Positions 1 through 9,967 of a stretch of DNA of 64,000 nucleotides are shown here, piece by piece. The notes below the pieces were generated by a model, which did no database searches, had not been told where the DNA came from, and worked only from the letters and a program-made list of their open reading frames with translations. The DNA is from Planctomycetota bacterium (lineage in GTDB: Bacteria > Planctomycetota > GCA-002687715 > DRQF01). Location of the stretch: NCBI GenBank assembly GCA_041402125.1, contig JAWKSY010000002.1, positions 304,150 through 368,149 on the forward strand, written 5' to 3'. Both the position numbers and the translations under genes were made by a program. How positions within the stretch are numbered: position 1 is the stretch's first letter; the number at the start of each line of letters is the position of its first letter.

Positions 1-741
1 CCCCACTACAACGGAACGCCAGACCAGCTCCAGGGCTGGCGGATCACGCGCAACGACGGCGCGCCCTTCATCTTCGTCGCCGTCGACTACCTGAACACGC
101 CCGTCTCGCTGCTGGTGGGGACGAGCTACACGAGCGGCTATCCGAGCACCTGCCAGTGGGACGTGCACGACCCGACCTCGGCCGGTCTCCTGATCGGGGA
201 CGCCAACTGGCAGACGCTGAACCTCTTCGACCTGCCGACGCCGCCGATGCTCCCGCCGGGCCCGGGTCAGCCCCTGCTTCCCGGTCTCGCGGTGATGAAC
301 GTCAACTCCGCGACGAACGCCAACGGGAGCCCCGTCAACGATCCCTGCGGCGACTGGAACGGCCCCTTCTTCACCTCGCTCGGCTCGACCACGAACCTGA
401 GCTTCACCTTCAACGGTCAGCCCCAGCAGCCGATCGTCGTCCTCGGCTCGATCACGCTCAACCCGGGCGCCGCGGTCTTCGCGCCGATCGGTCAGGTGGA
501 CATCGGCCTGACGAACCCGATGGCGCCGTTCATCCCGAACGGCCTGTTCATCGTCGCGGACGGCACCCAGCCCGACTTCTTCAACAGCCTGTTCCGGACG
601 AACAGCGCCGGTACGGCGACGATGACCTTCTCGAACCCGGGCTTCCCCGCGGGCACGGTCGTCGCCCTCCAGGCGCTGATCTACAACACGACGGCCACCG
701 TCGCGAACCTGTCGAACGCCGTCGAGGTGACCTTCCAGTAG
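1..741 (+). CDS. hypothetical secreted protein, 5'-partial (frame open from window edge)
   Basis: Frame-1 ORF runs from nt 1 to the stop at 739-741. Composition is protein-like and Thr/Pro/Gly/Asn-rich. The track's internal Met at 115 is probably not the true start. Confidence 0.55.
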   Translation, partial: PHYNGTPDQLQGWRITRNDGAPFIFVAVDYLNTPVSLLVGTSYTSGYPSTCQWDVHDPTSAGLLIGDANWQTLNLFDLPTPPMLPPGPGQPLLPGLAVMNVNSATNANGSPVNDPCGDWNGPFFTSLGSTTNLSFTFNGQPQQPIVVLGSITLNPGAAVFAPIGQVDIGLTNPMAPFIPNGLFIVADGTQPDFFNSLFRTNSAGTATMTFSNPGFPAGTVVALQALIYNTTATVANLSNAVEVTFQ

Positions 742-829
742 GAAGGACGCCTCGCGAACCGAACCCCCGCTCGAGGGCCCGCACGGATGGCGGGCCCTCG
801 TCCGTTACCCGCCTTCCGGAGTCCCTTCG

Positions 830-2260
830 ATGAATCGACGTCTCCTCGGCCTCGCGATGCTCGTCGCGCTGGCCGCCGCCCCGCTGCACGCCCAGACCGA
901 CTGGGAGCAGCAGATGCCGCCGAACAACCTCTTCCCGCGCTCCGAGTTCGGATTCTCCTTCGACCTCGTCCTCGGGGGCTGGGTCGCCTTCGGCGGCCGC
1001 GACATCATCAACAACTACCGCAGCGACACGCTGATCTGGAACGGTTCGAACTGGGCCACGATTCCCGTCACCGGACCGAGCGCGCGCGCGACGCAGATGG
1101 TCTACGACACCGCGCGATTCGTGCACGTCCTCTACGGCGGGACGAACACGGGCTTCCCGGGGCCCTCGGACACCTGGGAGTTCAACGGCGCCACCTGGTC
1201 GCAGGTCGTCACCGCGAACTCTCCCGGTCCGAAGTCCGAACCGGCGATGTCCTTCGATTCCGTCGCGAACAAGACGGTGCTCTTCTCGGGCGCCGGCCTG
1301 ATCTCGATCTATCCCCCGGATACCTGGACCTACGACGGCACGAACTGGACGAACGTCTCGCCCACGCCCGCGCCGGGGGGCCGTCGTCGCCACCAGATGG
1401 TCTACGACTCGACGCGGAACAAGCACGTCATGTTCGGCGGCGAGAGCCACCTGCTGTTCTTCTACAACGACACCTGGGAGTACGACGTCGCCCTCAACAC
1501 CTGGACCCAGGTGACGACGGCGAACGCGCCCTCGCCGCGCCGGCTCCACGCGATGACCTTCGATCCGATCCGCGGCGTCACCGTGCTCTTCGGCGGCGAG
1601 GACATGAACGGGAACACGCTCGGCGACACCTGGGAGTACGACGGCACGAACTGGACGCAGGTCACGACGACCACGACGCCCGCCCCGCGCAAGGGCGCGC
1701 GTCTCGCCTCCGATCTCGTCACCGGTGATTCGGTCATGCCCGGCGGCATCGTCGGCACGCTCGCGACCCAGGAGATCTGGAAGTACTCGGCGATCCCGCC
1801 GGCGCTCTACCCGGGCACCGGAGCCGACGCGAAGATCCGCGTCGCGACGAACGGAACGCTCACGAACTCGCCGACCGGCGTCTATCCGCTCACCTCGTCC
1901 GACACCTTCGCCCTGACGATGGTCTCGCCCCTCGGCACCCTGGACAACGCGGCGATGGCGCTCGTCTACTCGCTCTACCCGACGGCTTCGCCGCTGCCCG
2001 GCATCCCGCTCCTCGGGGCGGGCAACCCGCTCGACGTCTGGGTCGATCCCTTCAACGCGGTGGTCGTCTTCGACAGCCTGGCACCTCCGACCTCGATCCT
2101 GGTGCCGCTGCTCTTCCCGGGCGGCTACACCATCGGCCCGTACAACGTGCCGGCGGGACTGAGCGGAGCCTCCGCCAACCTGCAGCTCTTCGTGCGGGAT
2201 ATCGGGGCGAATCCCTTCAACATCTCGATCTCGGATGCCGCCGTGCTCCAGTTCAACTGA
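830..2260 (+). CDS. Kelch-repeat beta-propeller protein, secreted
   Basis: N-terminal signal peptide MNRRLLGLAMLVALAAAPLHA. Repeated 'W..DT/GTNW...V' Kelch-like blades with 'VLFGG/VLYGG' motifs. Confidence 0.8.
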   Translation: MNRRLLGLAMLVALAAAPLHAQTDWEQQMPPNNLFPRSEFGFSFDLVLGGWVAFGGRDIINNYRSDTLIWNGSNWATIPVTGPSARATQMVYDTARFVHVLYGGTNTGFPGPSDTWEFNGATWSQVVTANSPGPKSEPAMSFDSVANKTVLFSGAGLISIYPPDTWTYDGTNWTNVSPTPAPGGRRRHQMVYDSTRNKHVMFGGESHLLFFYNDTWEYDVALNTWTQVTTANAPSPRRLHAMTFDPIRGVTVLFGGEDMNGNTLGDTWEYDGTNWTQVTTTTTPAPRKGARLASDLVTGDSVMPGGIVGTLATQEIWKYSAIPPALYPGTGADAKIRVATNGTLTNSPTGVYPLTSSDTFALTMVSPLGTLDNAAMALVYSLYPTASPLPGIPLLGAGNPLDVWVDPFNAVVVFDSLAPPTSILVPLLFPGGYTIGPYNVPAGLSGASANLQLFVRDIGANPFNISISDAAVLQFN

Positions 2261-2279
2261 TCACCTCGCGGGATCAGGC

Positions 2280-2320
2280 GGGGCCGACCGGACGCGTTCC
2301 GGCCGGCCCCGCGTCTTTCG
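2280..2320 (+). terminator. candidate intrinsic terminator after the Kelch gene
   Basis: GC-rich hairpin ggggccgaccggacgcgttccggccggcccc followed by gcgtctttcg. Confidence 0.35.
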
Positions 2321-2363
2321 GGGGGGCTGGGAGCGAGCGGGGGAGCCCTGCTATCCTCGCGCC

Positions 2364-2858
2364 ATGACGAATCCGGTCGAGCGTCACTACCGCGTCCTGC
2401 TCGCGTCCTTCGGAGGCTCCGAGCGGGGTCGGACCTGGCGGAGCCGGCTCGGCGCCGATCACGCGCCGGCGGTCGAGAGCCTCCGCGTCGCGCTGACCGA
2501 GGGATTCGCCGCGCCCATCGACGAGCTCGACGGCGAACACCTCGGCGAACTCCTCCGCGCTCAGCTCCCCGGCCGTCTCGGCGGGCGGGAGTCCTGGGCG
2601 CCGGAGTTGCCGGACCTCCTCGAGGACTTCCTCACCTTCGCCGCGGACGAGGCGGGCGTCGCCCGAGCCTGGGAGTGGATCACCGCGATCGGCGCCCATC
2701 GCGGCGACTTCGAGCGGGCGCTCGCCGACGATGCGCGCCCCCGTTTCGCGGGTCCCCGGCGCGAGCCCGATCGTCGTCCCGCCGCGAAGCTCGGTCGGAA
2801 CGAGCCCTGTCCCTGCGGCAGCGGACGCAAGTACAAGAACTGCTGTCTGCGCGGCTAG
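2364..2858 (+). CDS. SEC-C motif protein (YchJ-like)
   Basis: C-terminal NEPCPCGSGRKYKNCC, the SecA-type metal-binding SEC-C motif. The ATG at 2364 is in frame with the track ORF. Confidence 0.75.
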   Translation: MTNPVERHYRVLLASFGGSERGRTWRSRLGADHAPAVESLRVALTEGFAAPIDELDGEHLGELLRAQLPGRLGGRESWAPELPDLLEDFLTFAADEAGVARAWEWITAIGAHRGDFERALADDARPRFAGPRREPDRRPAAKLGRNEPCPCGSGRKYKNCCLRG

Positions 2859-2974
2859 CGCCTCCCGGTCCTTCGCCGGACGACGCCTGGTTCGCGACGA
2901 TGGTGGTCGAGTTCAACTTCTGAGCGAGGGGGGAGGCGCGACGCCCGCGCGGGCGACGCGCCTCGCCGCGTGAT

Positions 2975-3766
2975 TCAGGGCGCGAGCAGGAGCGGCACCG
3001 GCCGCGTCACCGCGACGAGCGTTCCGCCGGGATCGAGGATTCCGGCCGCGTGGTGGCAGACGATGCCGGCCGCGACGCCGGGGATCTCGCCCGGGAAGAG
3101 CGTCACCGTGATCGTCGCCGTCCCTCCGGGATCGAGCACGCCGAGCGAGTTCCCGAGCGGGTGCTGGTTCGGGAAATCGAGCGTCTGCTGGAAGTAGAAG
3201 TCGACGTTGAGCGGCACGACGAGACCGTCGTGCAGGACGCCGGGCGAGGTGCCGCTGATCGTGCCCGCCACGATGTAGAGCGAGAAGGCGAGATTCGGCC
3301 CGACGTCGAGACTCAGGGTCTGCGTGCCGCCGGCCGAGACCGAGATCGAGGGGACGTCGCCGGCGAGCTGCTCGCCGATCCCGAAGTCGGCGTTGCTGAG
3401 GTCGGTGTAGTCGCTCGCCGTGTTGTCCTGGGTCACGCGGACGCGGACGTTGCCGCTCGAGACGAAGGGCGCGATCCACACGTAGCTGTGCATGGCGCCG
3501 GCCGTGATGTCGCCGGCGGGCAGACCCATCGCGATCGGGAGCCAGGGACCGCTGTCGCCGTTGGTCGAGTACTCGAGATTCCAGCCGATCGTGTTGTGCT
3601 GGATCAGGACGTGCCACTGGATCGTGATCGCCTCGCCGGGGCCGAAGGACTCGCCGCCGTTCGGCGAGTCGAGCGCGACGTGGGCGCGGAGCGGGGCGGC
3701 AGTGAGAAGAGCGAGGGCGGCGGCGAGGACGAAGGGACGGGAAACGGCGGGAAGGCCGTGCTTCAT
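2975..3766 (-). CDS. hypothetical secreted protein
   Basis: Start at MKHGLPAVSRPFVLAAALALLTAAPLRA (signal peptide), with an AGGAGA RBS upstream. Beta-rich, Gly/Thr-rich body. Confidence 0.65.
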   Translation of the reverse strand: MKHGLPAVSRPFVLAAALALLTAAPLRAHVALDSPNGGESFGPGEAITIQWHVLIQHNTIGWNLEYSTNGDSGPWLPIAMGLPAGDITAGAMHSYVWIAPFVSSGNVRVRVTQDNTASDYTDLSNADFGIGEQLAGDVPSISVSAGGTQTLSLDVGPNLAFSLYIVAGTISGTSPGVLHDGLVVPLNVDFYFQQTLDFPNQHPLGNSLGVLDPGGTATITVTLFPGEIPGVAAGIVCHHAAGILDPGGTLVAVTRPVPLLLAP

Positions 3767-3931
3767 GGGGGTTCTCCTGCTTTCGGCGCGAATCCGAGAG
3801 CCGAGGAGTCCCACCTCCGGTCGTGAGTACCTCGCCGAGACGAGGCGCCGACCGGACGGCGCGAGGGGGAACTCACCGGTATCTACCCCGAGAGCCGGCG
3901 GAGGGCGAGGGATTTCGGGATCGTCGGGGAC

Positions 3932-5917
3932 TCAGTCCGCGCGGCGGAGCTCGATCCGGACCGCGGCGCGCCCGCCCGCCCCGAGGTCGAAGGCCGTCCA
4001 GTCCGTCGCCCGGTAGCCCTTCGGGCCCTCCGCGAGACGGATCTCGTGTCGGCCGGGTTCGTCGACGAAGCGCCAGATCGCCCCGTCGTTCAGGACCGCG
4101 CGGCGGAGGAGGACGGTCTGGAGGGAATCGGCCCGGCGCAGCTCGTAGCGCAGCTCGAAATCGTCGGGCACGACCTCGTCGCCGCATCGGAGTTCGACGC
4201 GGAAGCCCTGCATCGGGGGCAGGTCGACCACCATCCGGTTCTGGCCCGGGTCGCGCCGGAGGTTGAGGTGACGCGCCGTGTCCTCGTGCCGGACGTCGAT
4301 CGAGAAGCTGCCCCAGGTCATCGGGATCGGATAGGCGCCCCGGCTCTCGTCGAACCACGACCGCCCGGTGCTCCGCAGCGTGGACCAGTCGATCCTCGCG
4401 CCGGTGACGGGGCGGCCGTCCCTCTTCAGCTCGAGGAGCAGCGGTTCGCGGGCGGCGAGCCGCAGCGCGAGGTCGCAGCGACCGCTCGCCGGCACGGTGA
4501 AGGGGAACTCCTCCTCGTCGATCCGGATGACGTAGTCGCCGGGCGTCAGGTGGATCTCGTCGAGCTTCCGACGGAGCGGGTCCTTCGCGTCCGGCCGCAG
4601 GGCGCAGGTGCGTCGGCGGATCGCACGCCTCGATTCCTCTCCGACGGCGCGGATCTCGACCTCGGGCGTCCAGGTCCCCATCCCGACGTCGGGCAGGGTC
4701 ACGACGCCGAACACCGGGATGAGCGTCTCGCGCAGCGGAGTCGTGTCGGCGCGGAGGCGGACCTCCGTGCGGCGGCCCGCCTCGATCTCGACCCGGACGG
4801 CGTCGAGAACGAGATCGGGGGCGCCGGGCGGACCGGATTCGAGACTCACGACGAGCGGGCCGACAGGAAGGTGGGTCGCCGTCATCTCCGGCTGTCCAGT
4901 CCAGGCCTCGTCGCAGAGCGGAGAGAAGGGGCTGTGGACGAGAAAGGTCCCGGCGGGCGCGGGGAGGAAGTTGAGACGGAGCCGGGGTCGGAGCGGCCCC
5001 GGGATCTCGCCGAGTTCGCCCTCGATCCGGACGAGAAGGTCGCCGCCCGGCGCGAGCTCCACCTCGAACTCGGCGGCGGTCGGAGGATACGTGAAGGTCC
5101 TCGCGGCGTGTCCCGGCGCGACGATCCAGTCGGTCGTCCGGAAGTGACCCTCCGTGAGAACCACGACGAGAGGGGAGTCTCCGCGCGCGACGAGACGTTC
5201 GTCGGGGAATTCCAGCGGGCGCTCACCCTCCGTTCCCGGTGCGATCTCGTCGAACCTCGCGGTCCCGACCCGGAGCGTGCGGTAGACGCGAACGCCTTCG
5301 AGTTCGTGCCGGTCGGCTGCGCCGCGGGCATGCAAGGTGAAGCGCTCCGCCGAGGTCAGCAAGAGGTCGATCGTCTCGCGCTCGAGGGTCGCTCGATCGT
5401 AGGTCGGCCACCTTCGGTTCGAGGCGTCGGTCAGGCGATGACCGGGGTCGAGCCACGCATCGGTGAAGCGGAGGGAGGCGACCTCCGGCGGGAGGTTCAG
5501 GTGCGTCCGGCCCTCGCGGAAGGTCACCGACGCCGACCGCCTCTCGCCCCCGGTGTCGGCCCATGCGAAATCGAGTCGTCCCGAGCCCGACCTGACGAGG
5601 CCGAGACGGTCGTCGACGACGGTCACCTCGACGAGGACCTCCAAGGGCGCGGCCTCCGCCCCCGTCTCGGGAACCGCTCGCATCGCATCGAGGCGGGGAT
5701 CCGCCGGGTCGGGCTCCGCGATGCCGTCCGGATCCGGCTCGAGGGCGCCTCCCCTTCGAGCCGCCGTTGCGGAGTCCGCCGGGGTCGAAGCGCCGCTCGT
5801 CTCTTCCGTTCCGGCGAGCTGATCCGCGGCCGACGAGCGCGAGCAAGCTCGCGACGCCACGAGGACGATCGCCACCAGGAGCGCGAGCGCGGAGAGGAGG
5901 GGGAGCGCTCGGGTCAT
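3932..5917 (-). CDS. hypothetical large secreted protein
   Basis: Real start is MTRALPLLSALALLVAIVLVA, a signal peptide, at 5917. The upstream part of the track ORF is Arg/Pro-rich and non-protein-like. Divergent from the multiheme cytochrome gene. Confidence 0.65.
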   Translation of the reverse strand: MTRALPLLSALALLVAIVLVASRACSRSSAADQLAGTEETSGASTPADSATAARRGGALEPDPDGIAEPDPADPRLDAMRAVPETGAEAAPLEVLVEVTVVDDRLGLVRSGSGRLDFAWADTGGERRSASVTFREGRTHLNLPPEVASLRFTDAWLDPGHRLTDASNRRWPTYDRATLERETIDLLLTSAERFTLHARGAADRHELEGVRVYRTLRVGTARFDEIAPGTEGERPLEFPDERLVARGDSPLVVVLTEGHFRTTDWIVAPGHAARTFTYPPTAAEFEVELAPGGDLLVRIEGELGEIPGPLRPRLRLNFLPAPAGTFLVHSPFSPLCDEAWTGQPEMTATHLPVGPLVVSLESGPPGAPDLVLDAVRVEIEAGRRTEVRLRADTTPLRETLIPVFGVVTLPDVGMGTWTPEVEIRAVGEESRRAIRRRTCALRPDAKDPLRRKLDEIHLTPGDYVIRIDEEEFPFTVPASGRCDLALRLAAREPLLLELKRDGRPVTGARIDWSTLRSTGRSWFDESRGAYPIPMTWGSFSIDVRHEDTARHLNLRRDPGQNRMVVDLPPMQGFRVELRCGDEVVPDDFELRYELRRADSLQTVLLRRAVLNDGAIWRFVDEPGRHEIRLAEGPKGYRATDWTAFDLGAGGRAAVRIELRRAD

Positions 5918-6366
5918 CGCGTCGGAACCTCGCGGGGCGGGAGGTGGGGAAGCTTCCCCGGCCGGATCGGGGGGCACCCCGCCGGAGGGTAGCGAATGCG
6001 TCCGGAATCCGGACGGGTGGAGGAAGTCCGCAGAGCGCGGCCGCGCCGCGACCGCCGTCTCGCCAAGGGTGGGACGGCGAAGGACCTTCTGTCGCGTCCG
6101 GTGTATCCGAATGGAGGTGGTGGATCGTGTAAGATGAATAATGCCATGGATTTGCGGGTTCCTGAGGGGTGCTTGGTCGGCGCGGGAGTCGAGGGAGTCG
6201 GAGCCTTTCCGGTCGCGAATCGGACCTGCGCGGCGACCGAGCGCGAGCGGGCTCGCCGCGGGGTGAACCGGCGGCACGGTCCTTGCTTCACGGAGATTGG
6301 ACCGCGGTCTCGCGATGTCGTCGCGGGCGTCGGTCCACGCGCGCCCGTCGCGACGAGGGAACCTTC

Positions 6367-8775
6367 ATGACTCATCGAACCGTCTCCGGTCGCGGGAGGA
6401 TCTCCGGCCTCCTCGCCCTCATCTCGCTCTCCAGCGTCATCACGCTGGCCTTCTTCGCCCCGCGCTTCCGCGCCGAGGGCGCCCCGCCGCCGCCTCCGGA
6501 CGGCAGCAGCGCGCCGCCGCGCATCATCGCCTGGAACGATCTGGGCATGCACTGCCTCGATCCCGACTTCTCGGTGTTCAGCATCCTGCCCCCCTACAAC
6601 ACGGTCAACGCTCACGTGATGGTCGGCGGACAGATTCGCGGCGCGGCCGAGGGCTATTCGGTCGAGTACGAGGGGATCGCCGACCCGAACGGCTCGATCA
6701 ACACCACCTCGATCGGCAAGTCGAACTTCTGGGATCACGTGAACGCGCTCTTCGGCGTCACGCTGCCGCTCGACGTCGGACTGGCCGGGCACGCGATGCC
6801 GGGCCTCGCCAACGTCGCGCAGCCGATGACCTACATCCCCGCGCAGGAGTGGTTCCAGGGCGAGGGCATCCCCATGACGCCCATCGACGACGCGGGGCAG
6901 AAGAACCCCTACCCGATGATGAAGATCACGGCGAGGAACGCCTCGGGTCAGGTCGTCGCGTCGACGGTGACGACGGTGCCGAACTCGCAGGAGCTCGACT
7001 GCAAGCGCTGCCACGGTTCGGCCGGGAACCCGGCGGCCATGCCGGCGCAGGGCTGGGTGTTCCATCCGGATCCGCTGAAGGACGACCGCCTGAACATCCT
7101 GGCGCTGCACGATGACCGACAGCTCGGTCAGCCGCAGTACCAGGCGGCGCTCGCCGTCGCCGGCTACAACCCGAACGGTCTCCTCGCGACCGTCCTCGAC
7201 GACGCCACCTCGATCCTCTGCGCGAAGTGCCACGCCTCGAACGCGCTCATCGGCACCGGTCAGCCCGGCATCAGCACGCTCACGACCGCGATCCACGGCC
7301 TGCACGGCGGGGTCAAGGACCTCGACGGCCGCACGCTCGACCAGATCACCGACCGCACCTCCTGCTTCAGCTGCCACCCCGGCTACGACACGCAGTGCCT
7401 GCGCGGCGCGATGGGCAAGGCGATCGGCGACGACGGCAAGAACTCGATGCACTGCCAGAGCTGTCACGGCTCGATGGCCCAGGTGGCCGATCCGGCCCGC
7501 GTGGGCTGGCTCGACCAGCCGACCTGCCAGAACTGCCACGCCGGCACGGCGACGCAGAATCCCGGACAGATCCGCTACACCGACGCCTACGACGCCGGCG
7601 GCAACCTCCGCACGCCGACGGTCGACACCTTCGCGACCGATCCCGACGTGCCCGCGCCCGGCTTCTCGCTGTACCGGTTCTCGACCGGGCACGGCGGGCT
7701 CCAGTGCTCGGCCTGCCACGGACCGCCGCACGCGATCTACCCGACGGCGCTGCCCAACGACAACGCGCAGAGCATGATGCTGCAGGGTCACACGGGCACG
7801 ATCTCCGAGTGCGCGACCTGCCACGGCAATCTCGAGGACGACGAGATGATCGGGCCGCACGGCATGCACCCGGCCACCAACGGTTGGGCCTCGAACAAGC
7901 ACGGCGACGTCGCGCAGAACATGGGCACGGCCTTCTGTCAGACCTGTCACGGCTCGGACAACTCGGGCACCGTGCTCTCGCTGACGAAGGCCGATCGCAG
8001 CTACAACACCGAGTTCGGCACGAAGACGTTCTTCAAGGGCTCGCGGATCGGCTGCTTCGCCTGTCACAACGGCCCGAACAGCGACAACGCGAACTCGAAC
8101 CAGCGTCCGAACGTCACGAGCTTCGCGGTGGCGACGCCCAACGACCAGCCGCTCGCGATCCCGCTCTCGGGGACCGACCCGAACGGCGACCCCGTCACGC
8201 TGCGCATCGTCGACCAGCCGGACTTCTTCCACGGCACCGTCGCATTCGACGGCAGCGTGGCGACCTTCCTGCCGCGCGACGACTTCGTCGGGACCGCCCA
8301 GTTCAGCTACGCGGCCTGGGACGGCGAGATCGACTCCACGCTCGGCGTCGTCACCGTCACCGTGGGGCCGCCGGCCTGCGCGGCGACCGTCGAGCCCTAC
8401 GGCTTCGGTTGCGAGGGAAGCGGGGGCTTCGTGCCCCAGATCTCGCTCGACGGCTGCCCCGAGGCCGGCGGGACGATCACGCTGAACCTGACCGGCGGTC
8501 GCGGTTCGGCCGAGGCGTTCATCCTCCTCGGCTCGGCGCGCGCGACGACGCTCCTGCCCGGCGGTTGCGTGATCCGCGTCGGCGCGATCTCGGACCTCTT
8601 CGGGCCCTACGTCCTCTCGCCCGGCGGTTTCGGCGACGGCATGCTCTCGGTCTCGACCACGCTGCCCGCCGTCCTGCCGCCGACCCAGCTCAACGTCCAG
8701 GTCTTCATCTACGACCCGGGCGCCGGAGCGATCGACTGGGCGGCCTCGAATGCCATCGAGGTCTTGATTCCTTGA
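6367..8775 (+). CDS. multiheme c-type cytochrome (9 CXXCH) with C-terminal Ig/cadherin-like domain
   Basis: Start MTHRTVSG with signal/TM LLALISLSSVITLAFFA. Nine CXXCH motifs: CKRCH, CAKCH, CFSCH, CQSCH, CQNCH, CSACH, CATCH, CQTCH, CFACH. C-terminal beta-sandwich-like region. The last 3 codons and the stop are supplied by the inserted islet. Confidence 0.85.
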   Translation: MTHRTVSGRGRISGLLALISLSSVITLAFFAPRFRAEGAPPPPPDGSSAPPRIIAWNDLGMHCLDPDFSVFSILPPYNTVNAHVMVGGQIRGAAEGYSVEYEGIADPNGSINTTSIGKSNFWDHVNALFGVTLPLDVGLAGHAMPGLANVAQPMTYIPAQEWFQGEGIPMTPIDDAGQKNPYPMMKITARNASGQVVASTVTTVPNSQELDCKRCHGSAGNPAAMPAQGWVFHPDPLKDDRLNILALHDDRQLGQPQYQAALAVAGYNPNGLLATVLDDATSILCAKCHASNALIGTGQPGISTLTTAIHGLHGGVKDLDGRTLDQITDRTSCFSCHPGYDTQCLRGAMGKAIGDDGKNSMHCQSCHGSMAQVADPARVGWLDQPTCQNCHAGTATQNPGQIRYTDAYDAGGNLRTPTVDTFATDPDVPAPGFSLYRFSTGHGGLQCSACHGPPHAIYPTALPNDNAQSMMLQGHTGTISECATCHGNLEDDEMIGPHGMHPATNGWASNKHGDVAQNMGTAFCQTCHGSDNSGTVLSLTKADRSYNTEFGTKTFFKGSRIGCFACHNGPNSDNANSNQRPNVTSFAVATPNDQPLAIPLSGTDPNGDPVTLRIVDQPDFFHGTVAFDGSVATFLPRDDFVGTAQFSYAAWDGEIDSTLGVVTVTVGPPACAATVEPYGFGCEGSGGFVPQISLDGCPEAGGTITLNLTGGRGSAEAFILLGSARATTLLPGGCVIRVGAISDLFGPYVLSPGGFGDGMLSVSTTLPAVLPPTQLNVQVFIYDPGAGAIDWAASNAIEVLIP
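8729..8764. repeat. 36-bp direct repeat DR1, left boundary of islet (last codons of the cytochrome gene)
   Basis: cgatcgactgggcggcctcgaatgccatcgaggtct. It matches 9932-9967 with one mismatch (8751 t vs 9954 c). Confidence 0.85.
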
Positions 8776-9931
8776 ATTTTAGGAGCGCATCGTCAAGAGA
8801 ATCGGCAACCCATCGCCGCGCAGGGGAGCTCTTCGTTCACACGGGCGGGTCGTAGGCAGACGGTCTTGTCACACTGCTACCATCACTGCGATGGACGATG
8901 CCCGGAAGCAATGAACGAACAAGATGGGCGCGCTTCATGCGCTTCGTTGCTTGCAACCCGGCAGCATTGCGCAGCGCATCAAACTTGTGTCTGCCGATTG
9001 GGCTGAGAATTCGGATCCTCACGTTACTGAATCTTGCTCTCAGCTCCCGAAGCGGCGGTGCGAGATCCGAGTCGGCACTTACCAACAGAATTTGATCGCA
9101 TCGCCCAGCGTGCGCGTCAGACAGCATCTTGACGGCGAGGTTTACGTCGGTTTCCTTCTCTTCGTGCGTAGTGTAGATCGCTCCACAGGCCTTGCACGTC
9201 TTCTGCCTCCTTGAACTTGCCGAGGACGGTCTTCACCTGAGGAGGCTGTGCCTTGACGAAGTCCCGGTGTCTCTTGAGAGACGTCGGGCGCCAACTTGCG
9301 TAGGCGGTACAGTAGACGACTTCGATTAGCTGGTCATCCGGACCCAGCACCTCGCGGCAAAGCTCAAACAGGTTGACCCAAAGAAGGTGCTTCTCGCCGC
9401 GGTCGTCGATCGCGTGGTAGAGATTGAAGCCATCGACGTAGGCGATTGTGCGAACGGGCGCCGCTATTGGTGCGCCGGTCATTGCCAACTTCCCGCGCAC
9501 AAAAAATGACCGGCAGGCAACCTCAGTGAGATCACCTGCCGGCGCGGCCGGGCGAAGCCCGGCTCGGATGATGATGTAAGACTATCATCGGACAGGGACA
9601 TGCTCAAGGTTCTGACTTCCTTCTGCAAGTTAACCCGGTGCCTGGTTCGATAGATCAACTTGCACCGTCCGCGGTGCTTGAGACACACCGGATGGTCTAC
9701 GCGGTACAAAAAGTACCGGTGCTCGCACCTCCCGTCCAGACTGCAAGATCTCCCGACAGGCGACCGCCAAGACCAGCAAGATCCAGACAGTTGCCCTGCG
9801 TGCGGCGTACGATCAACGGCGTCCTTTCGGGGCGGACGTCGGGGATACTCGGCGAACCGTTAGGGGCTTTGGCTCGACTTCTTGACGTCTTCGCCTCCAA
9901 GCGCCAAGAGCTGCTGGCTGGAGCCGGAAAC
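8765..9931. mobile_element. 1.17-kb low-GC inserted islet (integrated element remnant) carrying a NYN-domain gene
   Basis: GC is about 55% against about 70% for the surrounding DNA. It is flanked by 36-bp direct repeats. It interrupts the 3' end of the cytochrome ORF and supplies the new terminal codons L-I-P-stop. No integrase or transposase lies within it. Confidence 0.55.
8837..9500 (-). CDS. NYN-domain (LabA-like, PIN-related) protein with Zn-ribbon-like insert; split by a 1-nt frameshift (pseudogene or assembly indel)
   Basis: N-terminal fragment 9117-9500 (GTG start) contains IAYVDGFNLYH. In another frame from about 9220 down to 8837 reads ...KTCKACGAIYTTHEEKETDVNLAVKMLSDAHAGRCDQILLVSADSDL.... 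The shift lies in an aagg run near 9150-9165. Confidence 0.6.
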
Positions 9932-9967
9932 CGATCGACTGGGCGGCCTCGAACGCCATCGAGGTCT
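9932..9967. repeat. 36-bp direct repeat DR2, right boundary of islet; original cytochrome 3' end (…AIEVYTP-stop)
   Basis: cgatcgactgggcggcctcgaacgccatcgaggtct, followed by acacgccctga (stop at 9976-9978), in frame with the original cytochrome C-terminus. Confidence 0.85.

Noticed and set aside
2913-3826. Overlapping ORFs 2913-3617 (-) and 3050-3826 (+)
   Set aside because: Alternative frames or antisense of the supported secreted-protein gene 2975-3766. Arg-rich junk.
5914-8232. 772-aa minus-strand ORF
   Set aside because: Antisense to the motif-rich multiheme cytochrome gene. Arg/Val/Gly-rich and not protein-like.
8924-9214. 96-aa plus-strand ORF inside the islet
   Set aside because: Antisense to the NYN-domain coding frames. 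No motifs.
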